DNA from: Candidatus Dormibacteria bacterium
GTDB taxonomy: Bacteria; Chloroflexota; Dormibacteria; Aeolococcales; Aeolococcaceae
DNA length: 64,000 bases
Assembly: GCA_050011555.1 (NCBI GenBank)
Contig: JBEKIT010000002.1
Span: 22,253 to 86,252, forward strand
Direction: 5' to 3'
Shown here: piece by piece, positions 47,908 through 56,318 of the stretch
How positions within the stretch are numbered: the first letter of the stretch is position 1
How the letters are laid out: the number at the start of each line of letters is the position of its first letter
The notes under the pieces: model-generated
Databases searched by the model: none
What the model was told of the DNA's origin: nothing
What the model saw: the letters and a program-made list of their open reading frames with translations, nothing else
Position numbers and translations under genes: made by a program

Positions 47908-48739
47908 GACCGCCGGGGGGGCCCAGGTCGTGGTCGCCGGTAGCGGTGCCGTCGTCGCCCCGACCACCGAGCTCCACGTCGACGGCCTCCGGGTCGCGGT
48001 GGAGGGCAAGCCCATCCTGGACGGCGTGGACCTGCGGGTCCCGGTCGGAGAGGTGCACGTCCTGATGGGGCCCAACGGGTCGGGTAAGTCCACCCTCGCC
48101 TACAGCCTGATGGGCCACCCCAAGTACAAGGTGACCGGCGGGTCGGCCAGCTTCGACGGCCAGGACCTGCTCGCCCTCACCCCCGACCGCCGGGCCCAGC
48201 TCGGGCTCTTCCTCTCCTTCCAGAACCCGATCGCCATCCCCGGGGTGACCACCGTCAACTTCCTCCGGGCCGCGCTGCGCGCCCAGGGCAAGGAGCTTCC
48301 GGCCCGGGAGTTCATCGCCCGCCTGGGCGAGGAGATGGGCTCGCTCCGGATGGACGCGAGCTTCCGCGGCCGCTACATCAACGACGGCTTCTCCGGCGGG
48401 GAGAAGAAGCGGGCCGAGATCCTCCAGCTCGCCATGCTCGAGCCCCGGCTCGCGATCCTCGACGAGCCCGACTCCGGACTCGACGTCGACGCCCTGCGCA
48501 TCGTCGCCGAGGGCGTCCTCCGGGTCATGGAGAAGAGCGAGGGGCGGATGGGCGTGCTGCTCATCACCCACTACTACCGGATCCTCGAGAACCTCACCCC
48601 GGATCGGGTCCACATCATGCACCAGGGGAAGATCGTGGACAGCGGCGGGCCCGAGCTGGCCCACGTGATCGAGCGCGAAGGGTACGACCCCTACATCACC
48701 GCGACCAGCCCCACGGGGCCGGAGGTCTCACGCCGATGA
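47900..48739 (+). CDS. sufC: Fe-S cluster assembly ATPase SufC
   Basis: Walker A GPNGSGKST. ABC signature ..FSGGEKKR... Walker B ..LAILDEPDSGLD... Confidence 0.9.
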   Translation: MPETAGGAQVVVAGSGAVVAPTTELHVDGLRVAVEGKPILDGVDLRVPVGEVHVLMGPNGSGKSTLAYSLMGHPKYKVTGGSASFDGQDLLALTPDRRAQLGLFLSFQNPIAIPGVTTVNFLRAALRAQGKELPAREFIARLGEEMGSLRMDASFRGRYINDGFSGGEKKRAEILQLAMLEPRLAILDEPDSGLDVDALRIVAEGVLRVMEKSEGRMGVLLITHYYRILENLTPDRVHIMHQGKIVDSGGPELAHVIEREGYDPYITATSPTGPEVSRR

Positions 48740-51159
48740 CGGTCCAGGCCCACGAGCTGACCAAGGACTACAAGTATGGCTTCCACGACGCCGACGTCTC
48801 GGTCTTCCGCACCGAGAAGGGGATCTCGCCGGAGGTGGTGGCGGCCATCTCCGCCCACAAGGCCGAGCCGGAGTGGATGCTCAAGTTCCGGCTCAAGGCG
48901 CTGGCCCACTTCTTCAAGCGGCCGATGCCCAACTGGGGCGCCAATCTCTCCGGGATCGACTTCGACAACATCTACTACTACATCAAGCCGGTCGACGAGA
49001 TGGGCCGGAGCTGGGACGACGTCCCCGACTCGATCCGCAACACCTTTGACCGGCTGGGAATCCCCGAGGCGGAGCGGAACTTCCTGGCCGGGGTGTCCGC
49101 CCAGTACGACTCGGAGGTCGTCTACCACAGCATCCGGGCCGACCTCGAGAAGCTCGGGGTGCTGTTCAGCGACTGCGACACCGGGCTGCGCGACCACGAG
49201 GAGCTCTTCAGGCGCTACTTCGGCACCGTGATCCCGCCCAACGACAACAAGTTCGCGGCCCTCAACAGCGCGGTGTGGTCGGGCGGCTCCTTCGTCTACG
49301 TCCCCAAGGGGGTGCGCGTCGAGATCCCGCTCCAGGCCTACTTCCGGATCAACAGCGACAACATGGGCCAGTTCGAGCGGACCCTGATCATCGCCGACGA
49401 GGACTCCTACGTCCACTACATCGAGGGCTGCACCGCCCCCACCTACTCCAACGACTCGCTGCACGCCGCGGTGGTCGAGATCATCGCCGAGCGGGGGGCC
49501 CACGTCCGCTACACCACCATCCAGAACTGGTCGGACAACGTCTACAACCTGGTCACCAAGCGGGCCATCGCCAAGCAGAATGCCACCATCGAGTGGATCG
49601 ACGGCAACCTGGGCTGTCTCGCAGGTGGGACACGGGTCTTCACCAACAATGACGTCAAGACGATCGAGGAGATTCGGCCGGGAGACATGGTGTACAGCCT
49701 GACCCCGGAGTTCGAATGGTCACGCCAGCGCGTGGTCGCCACCAGGGCCAATCCCCCGCGACAGACCTATCGGATGACCACGGTCGACCACCGCGAGGTG
49801 GTCGCCACCGACAACCATCCCTTCCTGGTGCTGCGCAAGGCCGGCCGGCTGCGCTCGGTGCAGTGGCTGCGGCTGGATGACATCAACGTGGGCGACGAGA
49901 TCGCCATCTCGGGGCTGATTCCGGACCATGGGCAGCCATACGAGCTGCCGGTGCCAGTGCGTCCGATGTGGTCCCGCAACCCATTCCGGGCGCCCGGAGC
50001 GAGCAATCCCGATCTCATGTGGCTGCTCGGTTTCTACCTCGGCGACGGGCTCAAGGAGGCCGCCCGGGTCATCTTCTGCGTCCCCGAGAGCGACCCGGCT
50101 GAGCCCCGGATCCACGAGGTCCTGGCCTCCCAGTTCGGCATCCAGACGACCAGCCGCCAGCGCGTCCAGCTCCGGGTCAACTCGGTGGCGCTCTGCCGCT
50201 TCCTGGACACCATCGGCTTCGGCGGCAACGCCGTCACCAAGCGCCTGCCTGAGTGGGTGTACACGATTCCCTTCGACCAGAAGCGAGCCCTGATCGACGG
50301 CTACATCGCCGCGGATGGCCACATCCGTGCCAACCACAAGAACGTCTCTCTGACCAGCGTCAACCGCGACCTCCTCGAGGATGTCAAGGCGCTGGCTCTC
50401 TCGTGCGGGCTCAATCCGCTCAAGATCAGCAAGTGGTCGCGGCGGGAGCTGAAGCCGCTGGGCATCGAGGAGAAGCTCTACGAGCACTACTTCCTCTACT
50501 TCGGCGAGAGCCGCCCGGAGGCCCCCGTCTACTTCTCCGAGGTCATGAAGATCGAGGAGGGCGAGGTGGTGCCGACCTTCGACATCGAGGTGGAGGGCTC
50601 GGCGAACTTCATCGCCAACGGCGTGGTGGCCCACAACTCCAAGGTCACGATGAAGTACCCCTCGATCTACCTGATGGGCGAGGGAGCCCACGGGGAGGTC
50701 CTCTCGGCCGCCTTCGCCGGGACCGGCCAGCACCAGGACGCCGGCAGCAAGTGCATCCACGTGGCCCCCAACACCACGAGCAACGTGGTCAGCCGCTCGA
50801 TCTCCAAGGGGCGCGGGCGCACCTCCTACCGTGGCCACATCAAGGTCCTGCCCAAGGCGACCAACGTGAAGGCCAACGTCCGCTGCGACGCGCTGCTGCT
50901 CGACGAGGAGTCGCGCAGCGACACCTACCCCTACATGGACATCGAGAACCCGGACGTCACCTTCGGTCACGAGGCGACCGTCTCCAAGGTCGGCGAGGAC
51001 CAGATCTTCTACCTCCAGTCCCGGGGCATCGACGAGCAGCAGGCGACCGCCCTCATCGTCAACGGCTTCTTCGAACCCTTCGTCAAGGAGCTGCCGATGG
51101 AGTACGCGGTCGAGCTGAACCGCCTGCTGGCGCTCTCGATGGAGGGGTCGATCGGGTGA
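48736..51159 (+). CDS. sufB: Fe-S cluster assembly protein SufB, interrupted by an in-frame intein
   Basis: SufB N- and C-exteins (..FRTEKGISPEVV.. and ..KYPSIYLMGEGAHGEVLSAAFAG..) flank a 341-aa insertion with intein boundaries. Confidence 0.9.
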   Translation: MTVQAHELTKDYKYGFHDADVSVFRTEKGISPEVVAAISAHKAEPEWMLKFRLKALAHFFKRPMPNWGANLSGIDFDNIYYYIKPVDEMGRSWDDVPDSIRNTFDRLGIPEAERNFLAGVSAQYDSEVVYHSIRADLEKLGVLFSDCDTGLRDHEELFRRYFGTVIPPNDNKFAALNSAVWSGGSFVYVPKGVRVEIPLQAYFRINSDNMGQFERTLIIADEDSYVHYIEGCTAPTYSNDSLHAAVVEIIAERGAHVRYTTIQNWSDNVYNLVTKRAIAKQNATIEWIDGNLGCLAGGTRVFTNNDVKTIEEIRPGDMVYSLTPEFEWSRQRVVATRANPPRQTYRMTTVDHREVVATDNHPFLVLRKAGRLRSVQWLRLDDINVGDEIAISGLIPDHGQPYELPVPVRPMWSRNPFRAPGASNPDLMWLLGFYLGDGLKEAARVIFCVPESDPAEPRIHEVLASQFGIQTTSRQRVQLRVNSVALCRFLDTIGFGGNAVTKRLPEWVYTIPFDQKRALIDGYIAADGHIRANHKNVSLTSVNRDLLEDVKALALSCGLNPLKISKWSRRELKPLGIEEKLYEHYFLYFGESRPEAPVYFSEVMKIEEGEVVPTFDIEVEGSANFIANGVVAHNSKVTMKYPSIYLMGEGAHGEVLSAAFAGTGQHQDAGSKCIHVAPNTTSNVVSRSISKGRGRTSYRGHIKVLPKATNVKANVRCDALLLDEESRSDTYPYMDIENPDVTFGHEATVSKVGEDQIFYLQSRGIDEQQATALIVNGFFEPFVKELPMEYAVELNRLLALSMEGSIG
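49615..50637 (+). mobile_element. SufB intein (341 aa) with a LAGLIDADG homing-endonuclease domain
   Basis: Starts with Cys (..IDGNLG|CLAGGTRVF..) and ends ..GVVAHN|SKV (His-Asn followed by Ser+1). Two LAGLIDADG-like motifs: LLGFYLGDGLKEA and LIDGYIAADGHI. Confidence 0.85.
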
Positions 51160-52496
51160 CCGAGGCAGCGACCGCCGCCGGCGCGGTCAGCCGGGAGAGC
51201 CTGGACGCGCGCCTGGCCACGAGCCCGGGATGGCTGGCGGATCGGCGCAACGCCGCCTGGGACGCCTTCACCGCGATGCCCGCGCCCTCGTCCGCGCGTG
51301 ACGAGGACTGGCGCCGCACTGACATCGGCCGGCTCCACCTCGACCGCTTCGGCCCGGCCGGGCCCGCCGCCCCCGGGTTGCTCGAGCTGGCCCGAAGCCG
51401 CCACGCCACCGCGCTCCCCGGGGCGGCTCTGCTCGTCAGCGAGCCCGCCGGGACGGTCACGATCGACAACGCGGAGGCGCTGCTCGCCCAGGGGGTGATC
51501 ATCTCGTCCCTGGAGGAGGCGGCCGAGCGCCACCCGGAGCTGGTCCAGCGCGGCCTCTCGGGGATCGGGATTGACGACTCGTACTTCGCGGCGCTCTGGA
51601 ACTCGCTCTGGCTGGGCGGAGCCTTCGTGTACGTCCCCGCCGGGGTGCAGGCCATGACCCCGGTCTGGGTCAGCCACCTGGCCGCCGGCGCCGATGCCGC
51701 CGCCTTCCCCGCCACCGTGGTGGTGCTCGACGGACACGCCTCGCTCACCCTGGTCGAGGACCTGGTCGGCCCTGCGGCGGACCCGGCCGCGCGCGTCTCG
51801 GTGGCGGTGACCGCCCTCCAGCTCGGCGACGACGCCCGCCTCGACGACATCCCGGTCCAGCAGCTCCCCCCCGCCACCTGGCACTTCGCGCTCCGCCGCG
51901 CGAGCTGCGGCCCGTCCGCCCACTACCGCCTGCTGGGGGCGACCCTGGGGGCGCGACTGCAGAAGTCGTACTGGGACGTGATCCTGGACGGGCGCGGCGC
52001 CGAGGCGGACATCCTCGCCGTCTGCTTCGCGGACGCCGACCAGCACCTCGACCACCAGTCGCTGCAGCTCCACCGCGGTCCCGACACCCGGAGCAACCTG
52101 CTCCTCAAGGTCGCCGCGCGGGATCGCGCCCAGAGCGTCTACGGCGGCCTGATCGACGTCGAGCCGGGGGCGATCCACGCCGACGGCTATGTGGTCAACC
52201 GCAACCTCCTGCTCAGCCAGGGGGCCAGCGCCAGCGGGGTCCCGCGGCTGGAGATCAAGGCCAACGACGTCCGCTGCGGGCACGGGACGACGGTGGGCCA
52301 CGTGGACGACGAGGAGCGCTTCTACCTGATGGCGCGCGGCATCCCCGCCGACGAGGCCGAGAGGCTGGTGGTCCGCGGCTACTTCGCCGACGTCCTCGAC
52401 CGCCTCCCCATCGAGTCGACCCGGGACTGGCTGGTCTCGCTGCTCGACTCCGAGATCGGCGACCGGGGACCGAGCCGCTTCGGCGAGGCGGGCTGA
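51156..52496 (+). CDS. sufD: Fe-S cluster assembly protein SufD
   Basis: GTG at 51156 overlaps the sufB stop (GTGA). SufD-like C-terminus ..NDVRCGHGTTVGHVDDEERFYLMARGI... The 747-aa track ORF from 50253 is a read-through of the sufB region in another frame. Confidence 0.8.
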   Translation: MTEAATAAGAVSRESLDARLATSPGWLADRRNAAWDAFTAMPAPSSARDEDWRRTDIGRLHLDRFGPAGPAAPGLLELARSRHATALPGAALLVSEPAGTVTIDNAEALLAQGVIISSLEEAAERHPELVQRGLSGIGIDDSYFAALWNSLWLGGAFVYVPAGVQAMTPVWVSHLAAGADAAAFPATVVVLDGHASLTLVEDLVGPAADPAARVSVAVTALQLGDDARLDDIPVQQLPPATWHFALRRASCGPSAHYRLLGATLGARLQKSYWDVILDGRGAEADILAVCFADADQHLDHQSLQLHRGPDTRSNLLLKVAARDRAQSVYGGLIDVEPGAIHADGYVVNRNLLLSQGASASGVPRLEIKANDVRCGHGTTVGHVDDEERFYLMARGIPADEAERLVVRGYFADVLDRLPIESTRDWLVSLLDSEIGDRGPSRFGEAG

Positions 52497-52498
52497 CC

Positions 52499-52822
52499 GT
52501 GGTGGGCGCATGGGTCACGGTCGCCCGGGTGACCGACATCCCCCCCGGCCACGCGGCTCGGGTCGAGATCGACGAGGTGCCCATCGCCATCTTCAACGTC
52601 GAGGGGGAGCTGCACTGCATCGACGACACCTGCACCCACCAGGAGGCCTCGCTCTCGGAGGGCGACCTCGACGTCGAGCGCTGCGCCATCGAGTGCCCGC
52701 TGCACGGCTCCGGCTTCGACCTGCGCACGGGTGACGCCATCACCCTGCCCGCGGTGGAGCCAGTGCGCGTCCACCGCGTGGAGGTCAGCGACGGCATGAT
52801 CCGGGTTGCCCTGAGGGACTGA
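52499..52822 (+). CDS. Rieske-type [2Fe-2S] ferredoxin associated with the suf operon
   Basis: Rieske boxes CTHQEA...CPLHGSGF. Confidence 0.75.
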   Translation: MVGAWVTVARVTDIPPGHAARVEIDEVPIAIFNVEGELHCIDDTCTHQEASLSEGDLDVERCAIECPLHGSGFDLRTGDAITLPAVEPVRVHRVEVSDGMIRVALRD

Positions 52823-52828
52823 ATCAGC

Positions 52829-54082
52829 ATGGCTGCGACCGCCGAGCCCACCACCGCCCCGCCCCTGGACCTGGACCGGCTCCGCGCCGACTTCCCGATC
52901 CTGGAGCGCCAGGTCAACGGCCACCGGCTCGTCTACCTGGACTCGGCGGCCACCTCCCAGAAGCCGCGCCAAGTTCTGGACGCAATCGACCATTACTATC
53001 AGACCAGCAACGCCAACGCCCACCGCAGCGTGCACCGGCTGGCCGCCGAGGCCACCGAGCTCTTCGAGCAGGCCCGCACCCGGGTCGCCGGCTTCATCGA
53101 CGCCGACCCCGAGGGCGTGGTCCTCTTGCGCAACACCACGGAGGCACTGAACCTGGTCGCCGCCTCCTACGCCCGGGAGCTGCTCCAGCCGGGTGACCGG
53201 GTGGTGCTGACCCTGATGGAGCATCACAGCAACCTGGTGCCCTGGCAGCTCGCCGCCCAGCGGGCCGGGCTGCGGCTCGCCTTCATCGGCGTGACCGACG
53301 AGGGCCGGCTCGACCTCTCCAACCTCGACGAGCTGCTCAGCCCGCCCACCCGGCTGCTGAGCGTCACCCATCAGTCCAACGTCCTGGGCACCATCAACGA
53401 CGTGGCGGCGCTGGCCGCCGAGGCCCACCGCCGCGGCGTGCTGGTCTGCGTCGACGCGGCCCAGGCGGTGCCCAGCATGAGGGTCTCGGTGCGCGAGCTG
53501 GACGCCGATTTCTACGCCTTCTCCGGCCACAAGATGTGCGGTCCGATGGGGATCGGAGTGCTCTGGGCCCGACCCGAGCTGCTGGAGCGGATGCCCCCCT
53601 TCCTGGGCGGCGGCGAGATGATCGCCAAGGTGGAGCTGGAGAGCTCCACGTGGAACGAGGTCCCCCACAAGTTCGAGGCCGGGACGCCTGACGTTGCCTC
53701 GGCGGTCGGCCTGGCCGCGGCCTGCGACTACCTGGACGGGGTGGGCCTGGAGCTGATCCGCGCCCACGAGCAGGGGTTGGTGCGCCACCTCTTGGACGTC
53801 CTCGACGAGTCGGGGGCCACCGTGTACGGCCCCCGCGACGTCTCCATCCACGGAGGCGCGGTGAGCTTCAACGTCGCCGACGTCCACCCCCACGACACCG
53901 GCACCGTCCTCGACCGCCTGGGGATCGCGGTGAGGGCGGGCCACCACTGCTGCCAGCCGCTGATGCGCCGGCTGGGGGTGGCCGCCACCGCCCGGGCGTC
54001 GATGTACCTCTACACCACCCACGAGGAGATCGACCGGCTGGGCGAGGGCATCGCCGAGGTGCGCCGGGTCTTCAGGGTCTGA
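52829..54082 (+). CDS. sufS: Cysteine desulfurase SufS (group II)
   Basis: ..FSGHKMCGPMGIGVL.. PLP-Lys and the group-II motif RAGHHCCQPL. Confidence 0.85.
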   Translation: MAATAEPTTAPPLDLDRLRADFPILERQVNGHRLVYLDSAATSQKPRQVLDAIDHYYQTSNANAHRSVHRLAAEATELFEQARTRVAGFIDADPEGVVLLRNTTEALNLVAASYARELLQPGDRVVLTLMEHHSNLVPWQLAAQRAGLRLAFIGVTDEGRLDLSNLDELLSPPTRLLSVTHQSNVLGTINDVAALAAEAHRRGVLVCVDAAQAVPSMRVSVRELDADFYAFSGHKMCGPMGIGVLWARPELLERMPPFLGGGEMIAKVELESSTWNEVPHKFEAGTPDVASAVGLAAACDYLDGVGLELIRAHEQGLVRHLLDVLDESGATVYGPRDVSIHGGAVSFNVADVHPHDTGTVLDRLGIAVRAGHHCCQPLMRRLGVAATARASMYLYTTHEEIDRLGEGIAEVRRVFRV

Positions 54083-54094
54083 GGCGAGGCGGGT

Positions 54095-54463
54095 TCAGCT
54101 CTTCCTGCGAAGCCGATCGGCCATCACCGACATCAGCTCGAGCGCGAACATCGGGGTCTCCTGGACCAGGAAGAGGAAGCGGCGGCGGTCGACCGTCGCC
54201 AGGGTCGTCTCCGTCAGCGCCACCGCGGTGGCGCTCCGTGGCGAGTCGTCCACCAGCGCCATCTCACCGAAGACCTCGCGGGGCCCGAGCCGCTCCATCA
54301 GGCCGCCCGCCCCGCGCAGCTCCACCTCGCCGTCGACGATGCCGTACATCTCGGCACCCGGGTCGCCCTCGCTGAATATCACGGCGCCCGCGCTCACCTT
54401 CCTGGTGTCGGTCGCGTTGTGGAACAGCCCCCACACGGTGGTCGTCTCTGCCATGGTCTCCAC
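54095..54463 (-). CDS. Stand-alone cyclic-nucleotide-binding (cNMP) domain protein with no HTH
   Basis: 122-aa C-terminal part of the longer ORF with the CAP-family motif ..GPREVFGEMALVDDSPRSATAVA... The upstream 150 aa of the track ORF are low-complexity and unlikely to be coding. Confidence 0.55.
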   Translation of the reverse strand: METMAETTTVWGLFHNATDTRKVSAGAVIFSEGDPGAEMYGIVDGEVELRGAGGLMERLGPREVFGEMALVDDSPRSATAVALTETTLATVDRRRFLFLVQETPMFALELMSVMADRLRRKS

Positions 54464-54780
54464 TCCCTCACACAGCGCAGCGCCTGGAGTGTGGGATTCT
54501 CGCATAGGTCCGTCTGCGGCCTTGTGGTGGACGGCCGGCCCACCCGCTGCCACCCCGCGGAGGAGGCTCGGCACGCCCGCTGTGACCCCACGGTGGGGCC
54601 CGGCGGTCCAGACGTCCGCCGCGGTGGAGGGCTGAGGCGCCAGGCCTCCGCGGGTCTGCAGTCGCGCACCCCCCACGAATGGTGGGCTGGACGCGGCTGG
54701 CTGCCTGATGTACGGTGTCGATGATCGCGCCGGGCCAGACGGGTGTGCCCGGTGACGAGAGTCCACGGGAGGTGAGGGTG

Positions 54781-56208
54781 ATGCGTCGACGCAGGCTCGG
54801 CGTGCTGAGCTGGGCGGTTGTTCTCCTGGTCGCTGCCGCGACCGGTGTGTGGGGAGGCGTGGCCTCGGCCGGCGGGGACTGCGCCGGGAACTGCGTGCTC
54901 GGCGTGCTGGAGCTGACCGGCCCACCGCCCGTGCTCAACCCCACCGTGGGGGCGGGCACGACCTCGTCGCTGACATTCACCGTGACCAACGACACCGCCG
55001 GCGCCACCTCCGAGGGCTCCGCCGGGAAGGGTCCGCTGCTGGTGGAATCGGCCGAGCTGACCGCGCCCGCCGGTTTCGCGATCCAGTCCGCGACGCTGGT
55101 CGCCCCTCGCAAGCACGACCCGCCAACCGCCCACGTGAGCATCGACACGGCCACGACGCCCTACACCTACACGGTGGACCTGGACGATCTCGATCTCGCG
55201 CCCGGAGCCTCGATCTCGGCGGTGCTCTCGGTCACCGCCTCCTGCGCAGCCACCTCCGGAACTTGGGCGCTCTCCGTCCAGCCCGCACCGACCGCTCACG
55301 GCCAGGGCTTCACCGTCGACCCGAGCAGCGCGCTCTCGGTCGGCGTGACGGGAGCCTGCACCCTGGCGTTCACGGCTGATCCGACCAACGCGGTCATCGG
55401 CCAGGACATCACCCATCAGGGCTTCGACCCCAGCGGGTCACCGGTGGAGGTCGAGGCCCGCGCCGCCAACGGCCGCCCCGTCGCAGGAGTTGAGGTGACC
55501 CTGAGCGCGGAGGTCGGATCGGGCACCCTCAGCGGCACGACCTCCAGCACCACCGGCGGCCCCGACGCCGGGACGTTGGGGGTGGCCGCCTTCTCCCCGC
55601 TGAGCATCGGCCAGACCGGCTACTACTCCCTCCAGGCGGGCGCGCCCGCCTTCGTGACCGCCGACTCGAGTCTCTTCCAGATCACCGACGGCGCGACGCC
55701 CTGCACCGGCAGCTGCTCCGGCTCGGCGAGCAACGACACGGTGTCGGCGGCGGTCTCGGTGAGCAACCCGGGAACCGGTGACACGCTCAGCGTGGCGCTG
55801 AGCGGCTTCTCCTACCAGTGCCCCGACTGGCTGTCGCCCACCGGCTACTACCCGACGGTGACCACTCCGCTGGGGGTCGACCTCTGGCAGTCGGATGGCT
55901 CCCTCGACCCATCCCCGCGCTCCGTGCAGGTGGCCCTCACCATCCCCGGCAGCGCGCCCCCACCGCCGTTCTTCCCCTTCTACCAGGTCTGCTACGCGAG
56001 CACCGAGCCATTCTCCGGCGGCACCCTGGTCGGCGCCGCCCAGTCGATCCCCGGTTACGCCGGCAGCACCTACGTCGGACTGCTGCCCTACTGTCCCGTC
56101 GCCGCCACGGCCGCTGACGCACCCTGCGTCCTCTCCAGCTCCTGGGGAGACGGCAGCGCGGTCGTCACCTTCGTGGGCGCGCCCGGCGACTTCTGGGGGT
56201 CCGCCTAG
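54781..56208 (+). CDS. Secreted hypothetical protein, Ig-like or adhesin-like and Thr/Ser/Gly-rich
   Basis: Signal peptide MRRRRLGVLSWAVVLLVAAATGVWGGVASA. No family recognised. The start could be at 54715. Confidence 0.45.
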   Translation: MRRRRLGVLSWAVVLLVAAATGVWGGVASAGGDCAGNCVLGVLELTGPPPVLNPTVGAGTTSSLTFTVTNDTAGATSEGSAGKGPLLVESAELTAPAGFAIQSATLVAPRKHDPPTAHVSIDTATTPYTYTVDLDDLDLAPGASISAVLSVTASCAATSGTWALSVQPAPTAHGQGFTVDPSSALSVGVTGACTLAFTADPTNAVIGQDITHQGFDPSGSPVEVEARAANGRPVAGVEVTLSAEVGSGTLSGTTSSTTGGPDAGTLGVAAFSPLSIGQTGYYSLQAGAPAFVTADSSLFQITDGATPCTGSCSGSASNDTVSAAVSVSNPGTGDTLSVALSGFSYQCPDWLSPTGYYPTVTTPLGVDLWQSDGSLDPSPRSVQVALTIPGSAPPPPFFPFYQVCYASTEPFSGGTLVGAAQSIPGYAGSTYVGLLPYCPVAATAADAPCVLSSSWGDGSAVVTFVGAPGDFWGSA

Positions 56209-56318
56209 TACGAGCCGGTTGACCGCGCCGCCGCGCGGCTCCGTCCACGGGGCGGAGCCGCTGCCCTCCGTCCCAGCCTGCCTGAGGTGCGCGGCGGAGG
56301 GCGTCCACTCCTGAGGTC

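Noticed and set aside
50253-51155. 747-aa ORF 50253-52496 presented as one protein
   Set aside because: Its first 300 aa are an out-of-frame read of the sufB intein and C-extein. The SufD homology begins at the GTG at 51156, coupled to the sufB stop.
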